Notes under the pieces: generated by a model | What the model saw: only the letters and a program-made list of their open reading frames with translations | Databases searched by the model: none | Told to the model about the DNA's origin: nothing | Shown here: in pieces, positions 54,773-64,000 of the stretch | Numbering within the stretch: position 1 is the first letter of the stretch | Layout: the number at the start of each line of letters is the position of its first letter | Assembly: GCA_964016885.1 (NCBI GenBank) | Contig: OZ024741.1 | Coordinates: 231,942,001 to 232,006,000, forward strand | Direction: 5' to 3' | Source: Eledone cirrhosa | Taxonomy: Eukaryota | Length of the DNA stretch: 64,000 bases | Position numbers and translations under genes: made by a program

Positions 54773-55589
54773 GTAAGTACATTCTAATCTGGCGGTTTTG
54801 CTCTATGCACTTCAATATGTAGGTCCCTATACACGTATCGTGCATAAGGCATACTACAGGAACATTTACATAACGTTTTGGCTAAAATATGTCAACTTTT
54901 CGGTGAAGTCTACATATTTCCTTCTTTACGCTTAGATATGTTAAGTTTATGCATATTTATGTTCCATTAAGTAATGTATCAGGTGTTTGTTGCCGAATTA
55001 ATCAATATTCGGACTCACCACCTACTTTATTGGACACATTAAATTTTTAATCCATTTGATTTAAACATATATTATTCGGTTTCTCAGCATTGCAGAACTG
55101 CTAAACAACTGGTCGCAGGTAGCCGGTAGTGGATCATCTACGAGATATAATGACTACTTGCGAGATAAAGGGGCACTTGTTGGACGAATACGTAACATGG
55201 ACCAAAAGCTGTAAGCTACTAGGGTAGATTGTACAATGAATGGCAGATTTAGCCCTCAAGAAAATTCTCATAACGCAATGATGTAATTACTATATGGCGA
55301 GTAATGTCCGGTTCGAATAAAGAGCCTAGTTTTGCGAGTCCGTGAAAAGTAATAGATTGGTGACTGGCACATACAAGACTACCAAAACACAGCAATACGT
55401 CGAGACACAACAAATGTATTCACAAGAGATGTGTTCAGGCCTTATGGAGAGTAACAAAGAACTATTCGAAAAGTATATTGCAATCTTCATCTCAAGCTGT
55501 AAAAACTTGCGATGGGCCTGCAAACTGTTCTAAGAAGCGTGACGTGGACGCACAATAATTGTGTATTCAGTGATAACAAATTCGATTCG

Positions 55590-58260
55590 GAAGGGTTAAA
55601 GCTGTAATAATTGGGTTGTAGAATATCACAATCCTTAGAAATAAGGAGAAGAAACTAGCGTAGGAAACTAAATGAGACCAAATAGATAAAGTCGGGGTTT
55701 TCTTAACATAGTACCTTGGCTCTGGTACTGAAGATTTAGCTGGATGTTGGACGATCCATTCGTCATCTGTGGTCCAGAAATGGACTGAATCTGCGGGGAC
55801 AGGGATACTCGCAATCCGCCGGTTGTCAAAATGTGTTATGGATTGTATCTCATTAGGAGAGGTGATTTATATTTTGAAGACTAGGCTGAAAGAGAGGTCT
55901 GTATGAGCAGTGCAAATCTATGAACCAAGCAAAGAGTCTGAATAGAGATCTTTCCTTGAAGACGACACTGCTGCCTTGGTTTCAGATAAGCCTGTGTCAC
56001 ATGCCCTCGTGGGAGACTTCTTTGCCCATGTATGTTGGCACTGAGTACCTCGGAAAGGAGTGATTGGCTGGAACGGCGATCCCGATCTAAATATGAATAG
56101 AGAGGCGGCATTAGATTTCTGATCTAGTGATGATCTCTTTTTTATGAACACTTTCTCCCATCACAAAGCCTTCAATGAATATACATGATATAAAAGGAAT
56201 CAGGGGCATATATCAATAATTTATATTGTTATTGTCTCTGAACACTTCCATGTTTGCTGGATGTTCGTTTTAAGAGAGGGAGTGAGCTGTCACATGATTA
56301 CCATTCATTTATCTGGAAATTGAGAGTACGTAAAAAATGTTTTGTGAATACTATTACATCCAATATAAAATATGTCCCTGAGCAAACTGAGGACGTTGAA
56401 AGAGGGGGGAAATTGTTGGAAAATATGTAGTTCCTTCTTCCGATGATAGATGCTGCGGGAGCTGGTTGCTTGGTGTTTCTCCGACTGGCAGGCGGACCTA
56501 TTGGTTCAATCAAGCGCTCGAATATGCATCCGATCAAAGAAGACCTACAAAGCTCAGTTTGGAAATAAGTCCACATTCTTTCACTTGCATGAAAATTCGC
56601 ATCAGATACAGTAAGTGAGTTAAAAGTTAAGATAATGGATGGCTTTGGGGTTAAGGTGGAATCCTACTTCATTTCAGTAAATAACGTTTTATAAATTGAT
56701 CCGGCACATCAGCCTACATCATAATATAAAATCACCCTCCATACCTACAATCAGGAACGTGCCCGATGTCCTCCTATCTTCAGAGAGGTGCATCATCGCG
56801 AATTGGAGAGAATACCTTGCTGATTCCCTAGACTCTGTCAAAACAACATCTTCTGATGTACACTTGATGCATCTGTATCGATGACTAATCTCTTGGAGGC
56901 TCATGTCACAAGAGAAACGAAAGACTTCAAATGAGTCAAATTCGCTGGAAAGAGTAAAATTTACTTCGAGATGTTAAAAGGTATACGTTCTGATTCGTGT
57001 GGGCCAGGTCACCTGTACTTTTGGATAGGTACATAAGCAATGGCAATTGGGAGTAATCTTTCCAGTTTTCAAAAAAGAGTGATTGTGACAATGACAGGGG
57101 ACAGTCTCATAGTTAATATCCCAATGTAAAGTCTATGCTAAGTTTCTGGTAAAGAGATGTAGGGAGACTGCGGAATCGAAGCTGGCTAGCTGAGAAACAG
57201 TTGGGTTTTCATCCCTGGCGTAGCACAGCCGACCTAATATTTACATTGAAGAAGGTTGTAAGAAATCGTTGGGTTTCACCCAAGAGGTGTATGATTACTT
57301 GGAAGACCTCGGAAAGATATATAACCGCGTACCATGGGACCAGCTCTGGAAGGTTCTGCAGGAGAACGGGATCGAGGGACATATTCTTGTTGAACTGATG
57401 TCTCTATACGAATGGCTGAGTATTTATGTTCGGATAAAAGGTGCTAATCGAAACCTTTAATGTGTGAGTCAGACTCCGTCAACAGTACGCAATGTCACAT
57501 CACCTGCTCATAATTTTAATGGGTCATATTGACATGCACTGCCGAGTTCAAAGGGCTATCAAGGCTGAAAAATGTAGGATCAGTCTTTTGGAATGTGCAG
57601 ACGTCATAGTGTTACTTAATTCCTCAAACTGAGACCCACCATATACCCTTAATAGTACTGAACGGTTACAATAAATATCAATGCTTCGAAGACTGAAATA
57701 CTCGCCCTCTAAAGGAAGATTTCGCAGTGCATTCTGCATGATAATGGAGTTCCACTGAAGCAGCTGGAGCAGTTCAATCATCTTGGGGACATTTCCACGA
57801 GTGGCGGAAGGCAGGACGCTGAATTAAGTGCAACAATTGAAGGATCTGGTGCAGTAATGCACTAAAATTAGCATTAGGTAACCAGAATGGTGGAAGCTGT
57901 AAACTCCAAATTTGTTATCTGTAATTCCTTATTCGTAACACCCCTTAATCCTGATCATGAATTTTTGGTAATGCCTGAAATAATGCGATCGCGAGTACAA
58001 ACAGCAGAAAAGGGGCTCTTCAGAACGGTTTACGAATAACGTTACTCGATAGAGTTGTTTGTTCGAGGATCAGAGTATCGTTCCAGCAATGGCCGCTACT
58101 ATCCCGAATTGAGACTTGATATCTCAGATACTATGGAATGAATCGATGGACAGTGATTACGGGCAAAACCAAATGGCAGGAAAAGCCGGGGTATACCCAG
58201 AGCAAGATAGTTGCATAACATCCTTGAAATCGATTGATCAATTGGAGACTTTGCATCTAA
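55590..58260 (+). mobile_element. Heavily decayed RTE-like LINE (APE endonuclease plus RT)
   Basis: Remnants GDF.AH..G near 56010, FMNTF..HK near 56140, GFHPWRSTADLIFTL, DLGKIYNRVPWDQLWKVLQENGI. Confidence 0.7.
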
Positions 58261-58360
58261 CAGGAAGGTGTGTATTTTTACACAGCACACACATATTTCC
58301 TAGGAATAAGATGACAAATACTACCACTACTACTACTAATAACAATAATAATGATAATAA

Positions 58361-61300
58361 CCTTCAGAGCCAGTGGGGAAGAAGGTGAAGAGGTCAAGAG
58401 AACGGAGGAACCACCCGAAGCAGACAATGATCTGAATGCTGAGATAAATAATACCTGGAACAGAGATACAGCCACTGAGGAGATGAATGCTGACGGGCTA
58501 GGACAAGATTTGGTTGATATCCTAAATTTAGTGGTAGATTAATTGAACAATGATAGTGGGAAACCTATGAACCTAAGATTTGTAGACAGGAAAAAGTTAA
58601 AAGAAACAACAGCTAAGGTAACAAAGTCATCCCATACCTTGAGGCGAGGAGCCTTCACCAGTGCAACAATATCCTCAAAGCAACAGAAAATACGGTGAGG
58701 AAACTACTTGGTATAAAAGCGAGAGGAAACAACAGACAAGAAAGATCAGAGCCTTGGTGGAAGAAACGACTGAGTGGTCAAATCAGGGAAATGAGAAATG
58801 ACAATGGAAAGCTTGAGTCCCTACTGAATGGGACACTAAAAAACATAGACACTAAAAATAGACTGGAAATAAAGTACAAAACTAGGAGGAAAGAGCTAAA
58901 TATTATCATAGAGGAACTGAAGCAACGCATTGTAGCAAAGAGTGCAAAAATCAGGCGATACGAGAACAGAGTCAGTCAGTATAGACAGAACCGAATGTTC
59001 GACAACAACCAGAAGATGCTGTTTGGACAGCTTGAAGGGAAAGAAAGAGGCAACGACTTGTTCCCCGAGGCAGAATAAACTAAAACATTCTGGAGAGGAA
59101 TATGGGAGCAGGATGTTAAGCATAACGACCAGGCAGTGTGGATTGAGATAATACAGAAGGAGATTAGTGAACACCAACAAACTGATTTGAGTATCACAGT
59201 TGAAACTCTTAAGGGACAGGCCAAAAAACTAACCAACTGGAAATCACCAGGCCCAGATGGTGTGCAGGGGTATTGGATTAAAAAATATAACATCCCTCCA
59301 CCCGAAACTGACAACCATGTTCAATGACTGCTTGATGTCAGGGGAGGTACCAGAGTGGTTGACAAAATGTACCACAGTTCTGATAGTGAAGGACCGAATC
59401 AAGGGTAATGATGTTACCAACTATAGAGCTATCACATGTCTGTCCGTAATGTGGAAACTGTTGACAAGCATTATGTCTGAGGAAATCTACCATCACCTCC
59501 ACACAAACGACTTGTTACCGGACGAACAGAAAGGATGCCGAAAGAAGTCACGGATACAAAGGACCAGTTACTTATTGATAAGATGGTAATGAGGAATTGC
59601 AAGAGGAGACGCACTGGTCTTGCCATGGGATGGATAGACTACAAAAAGGCATTTGACATGGTGCCTCATTCTTGGATCACCAAAAGCCTGGAGATCTTCA
59701 AGGTGGCAGATAACATCAGACAGTTGTTGGGCAAAAGTATGAAGTCCTGGGAAACAGAGTTAACATCAACTGGAGAATCCATGGGAAGCGTGAAGAACAA
59801 GAGAGGTATCTTCCAGGGAGATAGTCTGTCCCCTCTGTTGTTTGACCTTGCCCTGATGCTCCTGACCAGTGTACTGCGAAAAGTGAGATCAGGATACAGG
59901 TTGGGAAAGGGAGGGCTTACCATCAATCACCTCTTCTTCATGGACGATCTTAAGCTCTTCGGGAAGAGTGAGAAGGAGTTGGATGTGCTTGTTAACACTG
60001 TCCGTATTTTCAGCAATGATATCTGTATTCAATTTGGTATTAGTAAGTGTGGAGTCATTGCGATGAGGAGGGGTAAATTGAGCAGAAGTAACGGAATCCA
60101 GGTACCAACAGGTGAGATGCTCAAGGAAATTGACTCTGAAGAAGGATACAAGTATGTGGGTGTTCTGGAGGCTGATGACATCAAGAACAAAAAAAATGAA
60201 GGAATTGATAAGAACTGAATAAATTCGGAGAGTAAGGAGCGTATTAAAGTCACATCTGAACAATAGGAATGCCATAAGTGCAGTAAATTCCCGATCTGTG
60301 TCTATTATTAGGTACAGTGCGGGAATTGTGAGTTGGAATGTTGCTGAACAAAAAGAAATGGATAGGAAGACTAGGAAGCTATTGACAACATGTTCCACAA
60401 AGTGGAGTGAAGTCGATAGACTCTACTTAAGGAGATCTGAAGGTGAAGAGGTCTTATCAGCATAGAGGACTGTGTTCAGATGGAGAAAAACAACCTACAC
60501 AAATACGTGACTGATAGTAAGGAGCCAATGCTCAGAACTGTACTGAAGGAGGGGACAATAGACCAGGGGATGTCCAAGGAGGAAATAACAACAAGGAGAA
60601 AGAGCAGCCATCAGGAAAAATCCCTTCATAGTACGTTCTTTGAGAAAACTGAATTTAGAGATCCACAGACATGGAACTGGTTGAAAAGAGGAGACCTTAA
60701 AAAGGCTACAGAAGGAATGTTAATGGCTGCGCAAGAGCAGGCCCGCAAAACGAAGTGGTTGAAACACCATATTTACAAGGAGGAGGCTAGCCCACTGTGC
60801 AGGATCTGTGGAGAGAGGAGACTGTGGCTCACATTGTATCCGAGTGTAAACACCTAGCCCAGACTCACTATAAGGGCTGGAGACATGATGTGATGGGCAG
60901 GGTGATCCACTGGCACATATGCAAAGTAAACAATTTACCACATTCTGAGAAGTGGTATGAGCATAAGCCAGAGTCGGTGATAGAAAACGATCAGATGAAG
61001 GTGCTGTGGGATTTTAGGATACAGACGGACAAGAAACTGGAACACAATAGACCTGACCTGGTGGTTGTGGACAAAGAAAAAAGATCGTGCCTGATTGTGG
61101 ATGTGGCCTGCCCATTCGACACGAGAGTGCAAGAGAAGGAGAGGGAGAAAATTAACCGATACCAGGACTTAAAGTGGGAGGTAAAAAGAATTTGGAACTG
61201 CCATGAAGTCAAAGTGGTCCCGATTGTCATATGCGCACTAGGTACTATCTCAAAAAGTTTCCAGGGATGGTTAAAGAAAATTGACCCCGCCCAGCTTTTT

Positions 61301-61438
61301 GGAACACTTCACAAGGTTGCTTGCTGGGAACAGTAAGAACCCTCCGATACATCCTGAATATCTGAGGCTGCAGGTAGTGGCTTGATATTCATTTCAACAA
61401 ACTTTCCAGTTAACTAACATCAATGTCTGAGACTCAAA

Positions 61439-61439
<1 letters not shown>
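58361..61439 (+). mobile_element. R4/Dong-clade LINE (RT, CCHC, restriction-like endonuclease), frameshifted, inserted in (TAA)n
   Basis: WKSPGPDGVQGYWIK, EQKGC, IDYKKAFDMVPHSWI, RGIFQGDSLSPLLF, FMDDLK, CRICG..ETVAHIVSEC, RHD, NRPDLVV..IVDVACP..EKINRY. TAA-rich run before and a ~30-nt (TAA)n run after. Confidence 0.93.
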
Positions 61440-61469
<30 letters not shown>

Positions 61470-61848
61470 CGTGGTTTTGGAAAAGGAAAAAAGATCTCCT
61501 GATTGTGGATGTGGCCTGCCCATTTGACACGAGAGTGCAAGAAAAGGAGAGGGAGAAAATTAACCGATACCAGGACTTAAAGTGGGAGTTAAAAAGGATT
61601 TGGAACTTCCATGAGGTCAAGGTCGTCTCGATTGTTATAGGAGCACTGGGTACTATCTCAAAGATTTTCCAAGGATGGTTAAAGAAGATTAGGCCAGCCG
61701 AGCTTTTTGGAACACTTCAAAAGGCATACTTGCTGGGAACAGCAAGAACTCTCCGACACTACTGAATATCTGAGGCTTCAGATAGCGGCTTGATATTCAT
61801 TTCAACAAACTTTCCAGTTAAATAACATCAATGACTGAGACACAAAGA
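61470..61848 (+). mobile_element. Second, 5'-truncated copy of the same (TAA)n Dong-like family
   Basis: Near-identical to 61060-61439 (VACPFDTRVQEKEREKINRYQDLKWE); ends in TAATAAT. Confidence 0.9.
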
Positions 61849-61857
61849 ATAATAATG

Positions 61858-64000
61858 CTTTATTTATTAAGGGTTTACATAAAGTAGACATTCAGGACAG
61901 TACAGGACAATACAGGACGGTACAAATGGGCATTTCTGTGTGTAAAAAACTAGAACAGAGGATGTAACTAAAAAAATAACAATGAGAAAATTCCCCAATA
62001 CGGGGGAGACTTCCGAGGGACATTCGTGGAGAAAGCCCATTAAAAAGCCACAGTGACCCTGACCACCAGGGCAAGTGCCCTCTTTCAGTTTTCCACCTTT
62101 AATTTACAGACACATACTCAGAGTAGGCCAATTCACTCGGGCCATTCTTGCTTCTCTCACCCATCTTTCAACAAAATGCTGGGAAGAGAACACTTCCCTC
62201 TCTACCCTGATTTTCCTTTTCAAATGAAATTTGAAAAAGTTAATCAGGGCATCACCGAAGAGGTAAGTGCTCGTCTTCAGCCCTTTCAAACGTGTCCACC
62301 ATACTATCTCTTTCGCCATGGCCACCAGACAGATAAAAACTGCCTGCACTTCCCGGCTGAAGGAAGAGGGCGGGGCAATCCTCACAATGGACTCAGCTGA
62401 TAGCTGGATCCGTCCTACCCGCGACAGCAGGTGTTCGACATAAACCCACAAGTCAGCAATGCTCGGACACTGGACGAGTGCGTGCAGGACGGTTTCGTCG
62501 CCCTGCGCGCATCTCAGACATTCTCGGCTGACGACACCTCCATGCCTGTAGAGTTTATCCCGAACTGGCAAACCTCCTCGGTAGCACTGCCAGGCCAGGG
62601 ATTTCTGGAAGTTGTCCATAGGCCCCGAAAGTTCTTCCGAAGAGATTGGCTAGTCGATTTTCGTCGACGTCTAGAGTTTCCCCAAGTACTGTGAGCGCCT
62701 GAAGACATTCCAGTCTCCAAGCGCTCCCTTTCGGTCTTCGCTTCACCCAGGACTGCAGCTCCGTCAAGGAGACGAGCTGGGGAAAGACGCGTCTAGCAAA
62801 CGGCAACCACACCTGATCACCGTCGAGGAAGTGGTGGAGATATCGTAGCCTGAGCGCGTGTCTGCGCATTATCAGCCACGGCATGGCGGGTGTTGACATC
62901 AGATGGACCGCCTGTTCATCGCAGTGCGTCCCTTCCACCAAAAGGAAAGAGCAAACGCTCCAGCGCAGTCAGGTGGGGTTTAGGACAAGGTACGACGGTC
63001 AGGCGGTACTACATGACGGACGTGATGTACGCGTTGGTAACCTCCGCTCGACCTTTCAGGGATAGCTTACTCTCCGCCCATTTCTGGGTGAGAGAAGCTA
63101 TCCTGCTCGTCACCTCGTCCCAGTTTTTGTCCGTCTGGAGGTCCGGACCGAACCAGATCCCTAGCAATTTAACCGTCCGTCCGTCCAGCGCCCCACGACG
63201 CGGTTGGACGACATGGACCTTCCTCTCCTGGTGCCGAGCTGCAGGCCCACTGACTTTTCCTGGTTGATTATTGCACCTGTCACCGCTTCGTATTCTCTTA
63301 GTGTAGTGCCGATCGCCTCGATGTGTTTGGCGTTCGACACCACTAAGGTGACATCGTCCGCATATGCTGACACGGATCTTCCGCATCCTAGTTCGCGCGG
63401 GATCCCCCTCAACGTCTCCAGTTTGTGCAGTAATGGCTCGAGAGTCAATACGTACAAGAGGGAGGAGAGGGGACATCCTTGGCGGACCGAGCGCATGATG
63501 TTGAACGGTTCCGAAAGGTGACCGTTCACTCTCACCACAGAGTAGATGTCGCTGTATATGGCAGCGATCCAGCCTCTGAAGACGGGCCCAAAGCCAGCCG
63601 CCTTCAGGACTGCCGCTAGGTAACGATGGTCGACCCTATCGAAAGCTTACGACTGATTTAATTGATCAAAGGACAGACCCGTGCCAGGTTCCCTAGCTAC
63701 CCTCTCTACGATGTATCGCATGAGTTGGAGGTTGTCGTGGATGGATCTGTCGGGAATGGCGCATGTCTGCGCCTCTCCCACCAGACCACCAACGACAAGC
63801 GCCAAACTTTTTGCTAGCCCCTTGGCCAAAATCTAGAAATCTGTGTTTAGCAAAGTTATGGGCCTGAAATTATCTATGTTATCCCCCTTGTTCGGATCCT
63901 TTCTCAGCAGCGCCACCGCTCCTCGGCTCACAGAGCTGGAAATTCTCCCGTTCTGTTGCCAGTTGCAGTAGACGTCCGCAAGAGGCCCCCGAACAAGCCT
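61858..64000 (-). mobile_element. Tx1/L1-clade LINE ORF2 (RT plus C-terminal zinc motif) and 3' UTR; continues beyond the window
   Basis: RSVRQGCPLSSLLYVL, AYADDVT, KLLGIWF, LSLKGRA, CLRCAQGDETVLHALVQC. The 3' end has AATAAATAAA on the minus strand. Confidence 0.93.

Overview
AT-rich eukaryotic genomic DNA. The SINE families, microsatellite load and EGF-repeat exons suggest a mollusc, probably an octopus (inference). The window is mostly intronic: three symmetric phase-1 exons on the + strand (26174-26317, 28216-28428, 54626-54772) encode part of a MEGF/laminin-EGF-type extracellular protein. The rest is decayed transposons: Tx1/L1-like LINEs, an RTE-like LINE, R4/Dong-like LINEs in (TAA)n and (CATA)n repeats, two Helitrons, tRNA-derived SINEs, a MITE and many Penelope-like elements (PLEs). 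Almost every island between (TA)n tracts is a PLE 3' end or fold-back carrying a minimal type I hammerhead ribozyme motif (about 20 intact or decayed copies, several with the compensatory U3-A8 core). Highlights: (i) a non-coding 317-nt tandem hammerhead repeat resembling a retrozyme at 49085-50097; (ii) inversion breakpoints lying at predicted ribozyme cleavage sites; (iii) an unannotated, decayed second ORF shared by two diverged Hydra-type PLEs. All calls are by eye; no searches or folding programs were run.
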